The notes: generated by a model from the letters alone, not told the origin. A stretch of DNA of 32,000 nt from Candidatus Methylomirabilis oxygeniifera (GCA_000091165.1 FP565575.1:1020001-1052000), one strand, 5' to 3'; shown: positions 8,674-17,719, numbered from the stretch's first letter. A program made the numbers and translations.

Positions 8674-9582
8674 ATGAGTATCCTTGTTGTCGGATCGGTC
8701 GCGCTTGACTCGGTTCGTACGCCATTCGGCGACGCGAAGGAGGCGCTGGGAGGATCGGCGACGTACTTCTCAGTGGCGGCCAGCTTCTTCGCCGATGTGC
8801 GGATTGTGGCCGTTGTGGGGGAGGACTTTCCCGAAGAACACCTGGCGTTTCTGAAGAGCCGGTCGATTGATCTTGAGGGGCTGGTGCGGGTTCCGGGGCG
8901 CACCTTCCGATGGATCGGAGAGTATGGATTCGATCTGAATGAGGCGAAGACCCTGGAAACCCAACTCAATGTCTTTGCAACGTTTCAGCCGGAGATCCCC
9001 AAGGCATACAAAGAGAGCGATCTAGTCTTCCTGGCCAATATCGATCCCGATCTGCAGCGGGAGGTTCTTGGCCAGGTCCGCTTACCCAAGCTTGTTGCCG
9101 CTGATACGATGAACTACTGGATCAATGGAAAGCCCGAAGCGCTCCAGGAGACACTGAAATCGGTAGATGTCCTGCTGATCAACGACGCCGAGACCCGGCA
9201 GCTTGCCGACGAGCCCAACCTGGTCCGGGCCGCCCAGAAGATCCTGGGCTGGGGGCCGACCTCACTGGTCATCAAGCGAGGCGAGTACGGCGCGCTGATG
9301 GTCCGAAAGGGCGGGTGGTTTGCCGCGCCCGCGCTTCCGCTCGATTCGGTGTTTGACCCGACGGGAGCGGGCGATTGCTTTGCCGGCGGTTTCATCGGCT
9401 ACCTGGCCAACACGATGAATTTTGAGGAGTCCAACATCCGGAAGGCGATCGTGATGGGGTCGGTGATGGCGTCTTTTAACGTCGAAGCGTTTTCGCTCGA
9501 TCGTTTACGACGGTTGACCTATCCTGAAATCGAGGCGAGGTATAAGGTCTTCAAACGTCTTGCCCATTTTGAAGACCTCTAG
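8674..9582 (+). CDS. PfkB-family carbohydrate/nucleoside kinase (ribokinase fold)
   Basis: MSILVVGSVALD...GGSATY N-terminal motif and C-terminal DPTGAGDCFAGGF (PfkB signature 2). ATG 8674 has GGAG at 8665-8668. Confidence 0.8.
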   Translation: MSILVVGSVALDSVRTPFGDAKEALGGSATYFSVAASFFADVRIVAVVGEDFPEEHLAFLKSRSIDLEGLVRVPGRTFRWIGEYGFDLNEAKTLETQLNVFATFQPEIPKAYKESDLVFLANIDPDLQREVLGQVRLPKLVAADTMNYWINGKPEALQETLKSVDVLLINDAETRQLADEPNLVRAAQKILGWGPTSLVIKRGEYGALMVRKGGWFAAPALPLDSVFDPTGAGDCFAGGFIGYLANTMNFEESNIRKAIVMGSVMASFNVEAFSLDRLRRLTYPEIEARYKVFKRLAHFEDL

Positions 9583-9600
9583 GGCGAAGGAGTGAACGAG

Positions 9601-11160
9601 ATGGCGAATGAGCGCCATAAGGACAGGCTGGAGGAGCTGCGCCGCCGACGCGACGCCGCTCGGCAAGGCGGCGGACAGGAGCGTGTCGATCGGCATCATC
9701 AGTCCGGGAAGCTGACGGCGCGCGAGCGAATCGATCTGCTCCTTGATCCGGGGAGCTTCACCGAGCTGGATGCCTTCGTGACCCATCAGTGTCACGACTT
9801 TGATATGGACCGGCAACGGATCCCCGGCGACGGTGTCATTATCGGATACGGAACGATCGACGGGCGACAGGTGTATCTCTTCGCCCAGGATTTTACTGTG
9901 TTCGGCGGCAGCCTGAGCGGGGCCCACGCCGCCAAGATCTGCAAGGCGATGGATCTGGCCCTGAAGATGGGCGCTCCGATCATCGGCCTCAGCGATTCTG
10001 GCGGGGCCAGAATCCAGGAGGGGGTCGTTTCGCTGGCGGGATATGCCGATCTCTTCCTTCGCAACACGCTGGCCTCAGGGGTGATCCCGCAGATTGCGGC
10101 CATTATGGGGCCGTGCGCGGGCGGGGCGGTCTATTCGCCGGCCTTGATGGATTTCGTCGTCATGGTTCGCCATACCAGCCATATGTTCGTGACGGGACCT
10201 GATGTGATCAAGACAGTCCTACACGAAGAGGTCGACTTTGAAGGGCTGGGCGGCGCGATGACCCATAATGCCGTATCGGGCGTCGCCCACTTTGCCGTCG
10301 ATTCGGAGCAGGAGTGTCTGGCCACGATCAGAGAACTGCTGTCGTATCTCCCACAGAACAATCTGGAAGATCCGCCTCGCTGTGCGTCCAGAGACGATCC
10401 GGAGCGACAAGAAGAGGCTCTGAACGGGCTCATCCCCGACAGCCCCAACCGACCGTACGACATAAAGGAACTGATCCGGATGGTGGTGGACGACGGCGAG
10501 TTTCTCGAGGTTCAGGAACATTTTGCCCAGAACATGGTGGTGGGTTTTGGACGTCTGGACGGGCAGTCGGCCGGGTTTGTCGCGAACCAGCCTGCCATGC
10601 TGGCCGGGTGCCTCGACATCAGCTCGTCCGTCAAGGCAGCTCGCTTCATCCGCTTTTGCGATGCCTTCAACATTCCCATCGTGACGTTGGAGGACGTTCC
10701 CGGTTATCTGCCCGGCACGGCTCAGGAGCATGGCGGCATCATCAAGCACGGCGCGAAGCTGCTGTACGCCTATGGGGAGGCGACCGTGCCGAAAATTACC
10801 ATCATTGTGCGAAAGGCCTACGGGGGCGCCTATTGCGTGATGGGCAGCAAACATATGCGGGCCGATCTCAACTTCGCGTACCCGACCGCCGAGATCGCGG
10901 TCATGGGTCCCGAGGGCGCGGTCAACATCCTGTACAAGCGAAAGATGGCCGATGAGGATGACGTCGCATCCTTTCGCGCGGAAAAGGTGGCGGAGTTCCG
11001 CGATAAGTTTGCCAATCCGTATATTGCCGCAGAGCGGGGCTATATCGACGAAGTGATCGAGCCGAAAGAGACCCGCCCGAAACTGATCCGGGCGCTCAGG
11101 TCATTAAAGACAAAGCGCGAGACGAACCCTCCAAAGAAACATGGGAACATTCCTCTCTAA
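9601..11160 (+). CDS. pccB: Propionyl-/methylmalonyl-CoA carboxyltransferase (acyl-CoA carboxylase beta subunit)
   Basis: KLTARERIDLLLDPGSF, SDSGGARIQEG, MGPCAGGAVYSPALMDF, and the second CT half NIPIVTLEDVPGYLPG. ATG 9601 follows GAAGGAG (9585-9591). GTG 9592 is also possible. Confidence 0.9.
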   Translation: MANERHKDRLEELRRRRDAARQGGGQERVDRHHQSGKLTARERIDLLLDPGSFTELDAFVTHQCHDFDMDRQRIPGDGVIIGYGTIDGRQVYLFAQDFTVFGGSLSGAHAAKICKAMDLALKMGAPIIGLSDSGGARIQEGVVSLAGYADLFLRNTLASGVIPQIAAIMGPCAGGAVYSPALMDFVVMVRHTSHMFVTGPDVIKTVLHEEVDFEGLGGAMTHNAVSGVAHFAVDSEQECLATIRELLSYLPQNNLEDPPRCASRDDPERQEEALNGLIPDSPNRPYDIKELIRMVVDDGEFLEVQEHFAQNMVVGFGRLDGQSAGFVANQPAMLAGCLDISSSVKAARFIRFCDAFNIPIVTLEDVPGYLPGTAQEHGGIIKHGAKLLYAYGEATVPKITIIVRKAYGGAYCVMGSKHMRADLNFAYPTAEIAVMGPEGAVNILYKRKMADEDDVASFRAEKVAEFRDKFANPYIAAERGYIDEVIEPKETRPKLIRALRSLKTKRETNPPKKHGNIPL

Positions 11161-11166
11161 ATAAAA

Positions 11167-11256
11167 GGGTAGAGGGTGGAGAGTTGAACAACAGACGGAA
11201 CAGGATACTTTCTCCTCGCACTTTTCCTACCCCCTACCCCCTACACCCTATACCCT
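11167..11256 (+). repeat. Heptamer-tandem palindromic element: G-arm (AGGGTRG)x2-3, spacer, C-arm (CTAYMCC)x4
   Basis: GGG runs at 11167 and 11174. C-runs at 11230-34, 11237-41, 11246-48 and 11253-55 (period 7). The 3' end ACCCTATACCCTG is shared with the 15190-15203 element. Fills the pccB-accC spacer. Confidence 0.8.
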
Positions 11257-11266
11257 GGTGGCTATC

Positions 11267-12769
11267 ATGTTTAACAAGATACTGATTGCGAATCGCGGAG
11301 AGATTGCCGTTCGAGTGATCCGCGCCTGCCGCGAGATGGGCATCGGCACGGTGGCCGTCTACTCGGAGGCCGACCGCGCCGCGCTGCACGTCAGGTTGGC
11401 CGACGAGGCGTACCTGATCGGCCCAGCCCCGTCCCCACAGAGTTATCTCAAGATTGATCGGATCATTGAGACCGCGAAGCTGGCCGGTGCCAAGGCGATC
11501 CATCCAGGCTATGGCTTCCTGTCGGAGAACGCGGAGTTTGCCATGCGGTGCGAGGAAGAAGGACTGGTATTTATCGGTCCTTCTTCTCACGCTATCCGCG
11601 CCGTGGGTGGCAAGACCGCCGGTCGGAGCCTGGCGAGCCAGGCTGGTGTCCCTATCGTCCCTGGTTCGACCCGAGACCTTACTGATCGGGAGGTACTTCA
11701 GGCCGTCCAGGAGATCGGCCTGCCTGTCGTCATCAAGGCCTCGGCCGGGGGGGGCGGAAAAGGGATGCGCATCGTGTCGACCGAGGCGATGCTGGGCAGT
11801 GCGCTTCGCGCGACTCGTTCAGAAGCGGCTGCTGCGTTCGGTAACGCAGCCATCTATGTCGAGCGGTATGTGGGCGCCGCTCGCCATATCGAGATCCAGG
11901 TGATGGCCGATACGCGGGGCAATGTGGTGTATCTTGGTGAGCGTGAATGCTCACTGCAGCGGCGTCACCAGAAGGTCATCGAGGAGTCGCCGTCGCCTTT
12001 TGTCGATCTTGAACTGAGGCGTCGGATGGGAGAGGCCGCGGTCCGATTGGCAAAGGCTGCGAACTACACGAACGCTGGGACGATGGAGTTCCTGGTCGAT
12101 CCGTCCAAGAACTTTTATTTCCTGGAGATGAATACCCGGCTGCAGGTGGAGCACCCGATTACTGAAATGGTCACCGGACTCGATCTGGTGAAAGAGCAGA
12201 TCAGGATCGCCGCCGGCGACGTCCTGTCAGTGCGGCAGGATGAGATCCGGTTGCGCGGTCACGCGATCGAGTGTCGCATCTATGCGGAGGATCCCTTCAA
12301 CAATTTCATGCCGTCGCCCGGACGCATTCGGGCGCTGCGCACACCGGGCGGGCCTGGCCTTCGGATTGAAAGCGCGATCTACGAAGGGTGCGATGTTCCG
12401 ATTCATTATGATCCCTTGATCTCAAAATTGGTCGTCTGGGGACGTGACCGAGGGGAGGCGATAGCGCGGGTACGGCGTGCGCTGGCTGAATATGTCATAC
12501 TCGGCGTGAAAACCAATATCCCCTTCCATCGTCAGGTTCTCAATCTTTCGCAATTTGTGACGAGTCAAATCAATACGGAATTTCTGGAGAGTTGGCTGGC
12601 CACAGGACTCTCGCCTGAAAATGGGGCGTTCGCGGAGATTGCGCTGATTGCCGGAGCGCTCCACCTTCACACCAGGAAGCGTCCGGCTCCGACGCCTGTC
12701 GCGCAGGGCGTCCAGACCGACAGTTTATGGACGCGGGTTGCTCGTCAGGAGGGGATGCGACGACGATGA
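11267..12769 (+). CDS. accC: Biotin carboxylase (acyl-CoA carboxylase alpha, BC domain plus about 50 aa of linker/BT region)
   Basis: MFNKILIANRGEIAVRVIRACREMGI, ATP-grasp GGGGKGMRIV, EMNTRLQVEHPITE. GTG 11258 is an alternative start. Confidence 0.9.
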   Translation: MFNKILIANRGEIAVRVIRACREMGIGTVAVYSEADRAALHVRLADEAYLIGPAPSPQSYLKIDRIIETAKLAGAKAIHPGYGFLSENAEFAMRCEEEGLVFIGPSSHAIRAVGGKTAGRSLASQAGVPIVPGSTRDLTDREVLQAVQEIGLPVVIKASAGGGGKGMRIVSTEAMLGSALRATRSEAAAAFGNAAIYVERYVGAARHIEIQVMADTRGNVVYLGERECSLQRRHQKVIEESPSPFVDLELRRRMGEAAVRLAKAANYTNAGTMEFLVDPSKNFYFLEMNTRLQVEHPITEMVTGLDLVKEQIRIAAGDVLSVRQDEIRLRGHAIECRIYAEDPFNNFMPSPGRIRALRTPGGPGLRIESAIYEGCDVPIHYDPLISKLVVWGRDRGEAIARVRRALAEYVILGVKTNIPFHRQVLNLSQFVTSQINTEFLESWLATGLSPENGAFAEIALIAGALHLHTRKRPAPTPVAQGVQTDSLWTRVARQEGMRRR

Positions 12770-13272
12770 TCTACTCCGCTGATCTGCAAGGTACACATCA
12801 TAAGCTCGCGGTACAGGGTATGCAATCGCCGGTTCCGGTTGAGGTGAACGGGCATACCTACGAGGTCGATTTCAGCGCGGCTGACGGCAGCCTACTCTCG
12901 CTTCTGGTAATGGGTCGTTCGTATGAGGCCGATGTGGTCGAGGAAGAGGAGGGGGTTCTCGCGGTCTGGGTAGAGGGCGAAACGTACCGAATCGAATACC
13001 AGGAGGAGGGGCGTCGTCCCAGAAGAAGCGCCGGCGTGACAGGCCATGGGGTGAGCGGCTGTCAGGTGATTACGGCCCCCATGCCGGGAAAGGTTGTTGC
13101 GGTGCTGGTCTCATCGGCGCAAGAGGTGAATGCGGGTCAAGGCGTGATCGTCATCGAGGCGATGAAGATGGAGAATGAGTTGAAGGCTTCCAGGTCCGGG
13201 GTCATCAAGGAGATCAAGGTGCAGGAAGGAGCCGCTGTCGGCGGAGGGGACGTCCTGATGATCATCGAATAA
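12766..13272 (+). CDS. Biotin carboxyl carrier protein (biotinyl domain with about 100-aa N-terminal beta-rich region)
   Basis: C-terminal biotinylation motif [14 protein letters not shown] 12766 overlaps the accC stop (ATGA, 12766-12769). AGGAGGGG at 12747-12754. Confidence 0.85.
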   Translation: MIYSADLQGTHHKLAVQGMQSPVPVEVNGHTYEVDFSAADGSLLSLLVMGRSYEADVVEEEEGVLAVWVEGETYRIEYQEEGRRPRRSAGVTGHGVSGCQVITAPMPGKVVAVLVSSAQEVNAGQGVIVIEAMKMENELKASRSGVIKEIKVQEGAAVGGGDVLMIIE

Positions 13273-13345
13273 AAGAGGTGTAGAGTGTTTAGTTCCTGGT
13301 TCAGGGAGGTTAAGCCGCAAGCCTGCCATTTTTCGTCGACGAACC

Positions 13346-15067
13346 ATGACGATGAACCATGAACGTGAACTTCCTGATGCAGGGACGATGGATGACGAAG
13401 AACGGATGACAAAGCTTCAGCGTGAGTTCGATGACTGGCGGACGAGCGTGCTTGAGCCTGCCCTGACGCGCACCCCGGAGCGACGGCAAGAATGGCGGAC
13501 AAGTTCCGGCATTGACGCTAATCGCCTCTACACCCCCCTGGATCTCGCCGAACATGACTATCTGGAGCGACTGGGATTTCCCGGTAGCTATCCGTATACC
13601 CGTGGGGTGCGGCCAACAATGCATCGAAGCCGCCTCTGGACCATGCGGCAGTATGCGGGCTACGGAACAGCGGAGGAGACTAACCGGCGGTTTCATTTTC
13701 TACTTGAGCAGGGCCAGACGGGGCTGTCGGTCGCCTTTGACCTTCCTACTCAGTTGGGGTATGATGCCGATGATCCGATGGTTGTCGGCGAGGTGGGGAG
13801 GGTGGGTGTCGCCATCGACTCTCTGGCGGATATGGAGACGCTGCTGCGAAGCATTCCGCTCGATCGGGTGAGCGTCTCCATGACCATCAATGCGACCGCA
13901 GCGATCCTGCTGGCGATGTATGTGGCCGTGGCTAAGCGACAGAGCGTCGCGCCGAATCAGCTTTCGGGGACCATTCAGAACGATATCCTCAAGGAATATG
14001 TTGCCAGGGGAACCTATATCTTCCCGCCCGGACCGTCCATGCGCCTGGTGACCGACACGATCGCCTATTGCGCCGTGCAACTTCCGCGCTGGAATGCCAT
14101 CAGTGTCAGTGGCTACCATATTCGGGAGGCAGGCTCGACGGCAGTCCAGGAGGTAGCGTTCACGTTGGCCGACGGCATCGCCTATATGGAGGCGGCGATG
14201 GCCGCGGGGCTGGACGTGGATCGCATCGGTTCCCAGATCTCCTTCTTCTTCAACGCCCACGACGATCTCATGGAAGAGGTCGCCAAGTTCCGAGCGGCAC
14301 GTCGACTCTGGGCAACGATCATGCGGCAGCGTTTTCAGGCGCGCGACTCGCGATCGTGGATGTTGCGCTTTCACGCACAGACCTCCGGTGTGAGCCTCAC
14401 CGCGCAACAGGCCGAGAACAATCTGGTTCGCGTGGCGCTGCAGGCACTCGCGGCGGTTCTTGGTGGGGTCCAGTCGTTGCATACCAACTCGCGGGATGAG
14501 GCGCTGGGACTTCCTACCGAGGATGCGGTCCGGCTCGCGCTCAGGACTCAGCAGATCATTGCCTATGAGAGTGGGGTGGCGAATACCGTCGACCCGCTCG
14601 GCGGCTCGTACTATCTGGAGGCCCTGACTGATCGGATCGAGCGAGAAGCGTCAACCTATATCGACAAGATTGATGCAATGGGGGGGATGCTTCGCGCCAT
14701 CGAGCTCGGATTTATCCAACGGGAGATCCAGGAAGCAGCGTACCGGGAGCAACAGGCCACAGAGGAGCGGCAGCGCATCGTCGTGGGGGTCAACGAGTGT
14801 AGCGCCGGTGAGTCGGCCCACATTCCCGTATTTGCTGTCGATCCCAGGCTTGAACTGGAACAGAAGACAAAGCTGGCCAGTCTCCGTCGCGATCGGGATA
14901 ATGGCAGTGTGGAACGAATCCTTCACATGTTGGATGAGGCGGCAAGGGAGAGCCAGAACCTGCTGCCGCTCTTCATTGAAGCGGTCGAGGCCTACGCCAC
15001 GCTGGGAGAAATCTGTGCTGTGTTGCGACGCGTCTTTGGTGAGCATCGCGAATCAGTGGCAATCTGA
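13346..15067 (+). CDS. Methylmalonyl-CoA mutase, catalytic (N-terminal/large) subunit without B12-binding domain
   Basis: [60 protein letters not shown]. At 573 aa it ends before any DxHxxG cobalamin-binding domain. Confidence 0.9.
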   Translation: MTMNHERELPDAGTMDDEERMTKLQREFDDWRTSVLEPALTRTPERRQEWRTSSGIDANRLYTPLDLAEHDYLERLGFPGSYPYTRGVRPTMHRSRLWTMRQYAGYGTAEETNRRFHFLLEQGQTGLSVAFDLPTQLGYDADDPMVVGEVGRVGVAIDSLADMETLLRSIPLDRVSVSMTINATAAILLAMYVAVAKRQSVAPNQLSGTIQNDILKEYVARGTYIFPPGPSMRLVTDTIAYCAVQLPRWNAISVSGYHIREAGSTAVQEVAFTLADGIAYMEAAMAAGLDVDRIGSQISFFFNAHDDLMEEVAKFRAARRLWATIMRQRFQARDSRSWMLRFHAQTSGVSLTAQQAENNLVRVALQALAAVLGGVQSLHTNSRDEALGLPTEDAVRLALRTQQIIAYESGVANTVDPLGGSYYLEALTDRIEREASTYIDKIDAMGGMLRAIELGFIQREIQEAAYREQQATEERQRIVVGVNECSAGESAHIPVFAVDPRLELEQKTKLASLRRDRDNGSVERILHMLDEAARESQNLLPLFIEAVEAYATLGEICAVLRRVFGEHRESVAI

Positions 15068-15071
15068 AGAA

Positions 15072-15202
15072 GGGTGTGGGGTGTAGGGTGGAGGGTTTAG
15101 TGGGAAGGGTGTTGGGTATGGGGTATGGGGGTGGAGCGGTTGAGTATGGTACTGATGATTGTTTGTCTTTCCAGACACCCTACACCCTAGACCCTATACC
15201 CT
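15072..15202 (+). repeat. Heptamer-tandem palindromic element: about 9 x (NGGGTNT) G-arm, spacer, 4 x (CTAnACC) C-arm
   Basis: G runs of 3 or more at 15072, 15078, 15086, 15093, 15102, 15107, 15114, 15120 and 15127. CCC runs at 15178, 15185, 15192 and 15199. Fills the mutase-epimerase spacer. Confidence 0.85.
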
Positions 15203-15211
15203 GTCTTTGAC

Positions 15212-15622
15212 ATGGTGCGTCGGATCGAACACATTGCGATTGCCGTGAAAGACGCCGAAGCCTCGGCGAGGCTATTTGAGACGCTTTTGGGGGTCGGTCG
15301 TGGTCAAATGGAGACCCTTCCAGGCGAGCGCGTCAAGGTGGCATTCTTCGATCTCGGGGAGAGTCGCCTCGAACTGGTACAGGGGATCGGCGACGACAAT
15401 CCGATGGGTAAATTTATCGAGAAACGAGGCGAAGGCCTGCACCATATCTGCCTTGAGGTCGAGGATCTTCCTGAGACACTGAGGCTGCTTGATGCGGCCG
15501 GGTTTCCCCTCATCGACAGCGTTCCCAAACCTGGGTCCAGTGGTACCAGAGTCGCCTTCTTACACCCGAAGGGATGCAACGGTGTGCTCATAGAGCTGGT
15601 TGAGCAACCCAATAGAGCATAG
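15212..15622 (+). CDS. mce: Methylmalonyl-CoA epimerase (VOC/glyoxalase fold)
   Basis: IEHIAIAVKD, HHICLEVEDL, AFLHPKGCNGVLIELVEQ. 136 aa. Operon context with the mutase and carboxylase. Confidence 0.85.
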   Translation: MVRRIEHIAIAVKDAEASARLFETLLGVGRGQMETLPGERVKVAFFDLGESRLELVQGIGDDNPMGKFIEKRGEGLHHICLEVEDLPETLRLLDAAGFPLIDSVPKPGSSGTRVAFLHPKGCNGVLIELVEQPNRA

Positions 15623-15712
15623 TCGTCGGAGGATCGCGATGGGTTGCAGACGTCCTGTGTTGTTGATTCCGATTCCTCGTATTCCTTTGAAAATAGCCGT
15701 CAGATGCAGAGA

Positions 15713-15758
15713 AATCCCCCCTAGACCCCCCTTGTCTAAAGGGGGGGTGGGGGGTTTT
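15713..15758 (+). terminator. REP-like GC hairpin with trailing T-tract; candidate intrinsic terminator / mRNA stabiliser after mce
   Basis: AAATCCCCCC-tag-ACCCCCCTT-gtct-AAAGGGGGGG-t-GGGGGGTTTT. Nested complementary C6/G6-7 arms ending in TTTT (15755-15758). Confidence 0.45.
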
Positions 15759-15767
15759 CGTGCGCCG

Positions 15768-17678
15768 TTGCGCGGTCGTACCACGTGGCGTGTTCTACTC
15801 CATTTTGTCTTTTTTCTTACAGTGTTGCTCATTGCCTCTCCAAGCGGGATGGCGGCGGCTGATGAGCGAACTCCTGTTCGAGGCAAAGGGAGCCCTTCAG
15901 CCAGGGATCAGCAGGGTGGATTTGCTGAAGCCGCCAAGATTGTAGCCGAACGACTCGCCGCCTCCTTTCCACGTGTCGAGGGTCTCATTATCGGTTTCGA
16001 GGGCGATCTGGTCCTGATTGATCGCGGGACGGCAGCCGGCGTCGTCCAGGGAATGGAGCTCGACGTCTTTCGTGAAGGGGAGGAGTTTAAACACCCACTC
16101 ACGGGAGAGGCCATGGGAAGATTGGACAAGGATCTCGGTACGGTTCGCGTCCTTTACGTTCACGAGCGTTATGCCGAGACCGCCGTGATCAAAAAGACTG
16201 AGAAGGCCGGATTCCGTAAGGGTGATCGGGTGCGAGTCTCCATGGCGCGGATGATTGTGGCGTTTCCCAATATCGATGTTGGAGGGGTCGGCGGAGTCAG
16301 CATGCGAGCGATGACGAAGGACCTGGCTGCTGCCCTGGTTCGGACAGGGCGCTTCGAGCCGGTTGAGGATCGACAGTTACGTTCCATGCTGTTGACTGAC
16401 CGGGAGTTCATGGCAGGGGAGTTGACGGATCCGAAGGCTCTCAAGCAACTCGCTGACAGGGGAAAGATTCAGGTCCTTCTGCTGAGCCGCCTGACGCCCT
16501 CAGCGGACGGGATATCGCTGGATGTACAGGCCTATTCAACATTGACCGGCAACTCGATTGTTCTTGCCAGTGCGTTGGTGCAGTCGGGTCTCGTGACTCA
16601 CGACAAGTCGTCGCGTGGACCACAGACGGCGCCGACTGCGCCATCAACCGTCATCACGCCTGCGGAGACCGGGAAGTCGATAGTCGCCGCCTCTCCACGA
16701 CCCGGCACGCTCCCGGTTGCTCCTATGCCGTCGGATCATGTTGTGCTCGAACCGGCGCTTGACGGTTCCATGACGGCGATGGCTATGGCGGATCTGGATG
16801 GTGACGGGAAGCGCGAACTTCTCGTGGCGGGGGTCGATCGGCTGCTTGCCCTTCGATTCGACGGCTCCCATCTCAAATCTCTTGCGGAATACCCATTACG
16901 CGAAAAAGGCAGCGTAGTGACGCTGGAGGCTCTGGATGTTACTGGTGATGGAGGGGCCGAGATCATCATGACCCTGTCGCACAAGGGCCGTATTCACGCC
17001 CTGGTTGTTCAGTGGATAGAGAGCAAGCTCAGGGCGATCTGGGAAGTACCCGACCTTATCATCCGGCCGCTGGCGCCGGACGGGAAAACAGTTCGGCTCT
17101 TTGGTCAGGCGATGGTACCGGCTGATCGGGCCGCACAACCGATCCATCAGTATACGTGGGACGGACGAAACCTCCAAGTTGGACCCGCCCTCGATGTTCC
17201 ATCCGGTCTCTCGCTGCTGGAATTCACGATGGCCGATGTGAACGGAGATGGAGCAATACGGCTGCTGACTTTTAAAGGGGGCACGCTCGAAGTCGGATCA
17301 CAAACCGGCACTCTTCTCAGCAGCTACAAAGCGAGTAGTGGGGCGAGCGTCCCAAAGAACGGAGTTGATCCTCGGATTGTGATTGATAAGGAGCGAGAAG
17401 GAGAGAGGCTTCAGGTCATCGTGGCGCGAGAGCAGGAGGCCGAAGGCCGGATGCAAAGTTGGTGGAGCGGAAAGAGGACGCACAGCTTAACGGTCCTGAA
17501 ATGGGATGGGACTCAATTTCATGAGGTACGACAGGCGCCTATTGCTGACGGCGTGCTCACCGATTACGCTGTTGCGGATCTCGGAGAAGGACTCGGCCGT
17601 CGTCTCCTCGCGCTTGTTGTGAAGCGCGGAAGATTGGGATTGAGTACGAGAAGCGAGATTCAAGCCTTCCGGTATTAA
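15768..17678 (+). CDS. Secreted FG-GAP/VCBS-repeat protein with N-terminal beta-barrel-like and CsgG/LpoB-like modules
   Basis: A TTG 15768 start gives M-RGRTTWRVLLHFVFFLTVLLIASPSGMAAA/DE (Sec signal, AxA site). FG-GAP-type Ca-binding loops DLDGDGKRELL, DVTGDGGAEII and DVNGDGAIRLL. The start is uncertain: GTG 15747 is also in frame. The track start at 15600 runs through the REP hairpin and overlaps mce. Confidence 0.6.
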   Translation: MRGRTTWRVLLHFVFFLTVLLIASPSGMAAADERTPVRGKGSPSARDQQGGFAEAAKIVAERLAASFPRVEGLIIGFEGDLVLIDRGTAAGVVQGMELDVFREGEEFKHPLTGEAMGRLDKDLGTVRVLYVHERYAETAVIKKTEKAGFRKGDRVRVSMARMIVAFPNIDVGGVGGVSMRAMTKDLAAALVRTGRFEPVEDRQLRSMLLTDREFMAGELTDPKALKQLADRGKIQVLLLSRLTPSADGISLDVQAYSTLTGNSIVLASALVQSGLVTHDKSSRGPQTAPTAPSTVITPAETGKSIVAASPRPGTLPVAPMPSDHVVLEPALDGSMTAMAMADLDGDGKRELLVAGVDRLLALRFDGSHLKSLAEYPLREKGSVVTLEALDVTGDGGAEIIMTLSHKGRIHALVVQWIESKLRAIWEVPDLIIRPLAPDGKTVRLFGQAMVPADRAAQPIHQYTWDGRNLQVGPALDVPSGLSLLEFTMADVNGDGAIRLLTFKGGTLEVGSQTGTLLSSYKASSGASVPKNGVDPRIVIDKEREGERLQVIVAREQEAEGRMQSWWSGKRTHSLTVLKWDGTQFHEVRQAPIADGVLTDYAVADLGEGLGRRLLALVVKRGRLGLSTRSEIQAFRY

Positions 17679-17719
17679 TGACCCTGCTGTTAGATTTCCT
17701 AAAACCGATTGAAAAGCTC

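Noticed and set aside
13700-14482. 260-aa ORF antisense to the mutase gene (and similar ones at 10219-10854 and 3377-3961)
   Set aside because: These are shadow ORFs opposite strongly recognisable genes, with no motifs and biased composition.
8585-15202. The short tandem repeats as possible CRISPR arrays
   Set aside because: The units are 7 nt, contiguous and without spacers, arranged as inverted arms of less than 70 nt. There are no 24-40-nt repeats alternating with unique spacers, and no cas genes.
15600-15767. N-terminal 56 codons of the track ORF 15600-17678
   Set aside because: It overlaps the end of mce and translates a REP hairpin (…EIPPRPPLSKGGVGGF…). A proper Sec signal appears only after the hairpin, so the true start is placed at TTG 15768 or GTG 15747.
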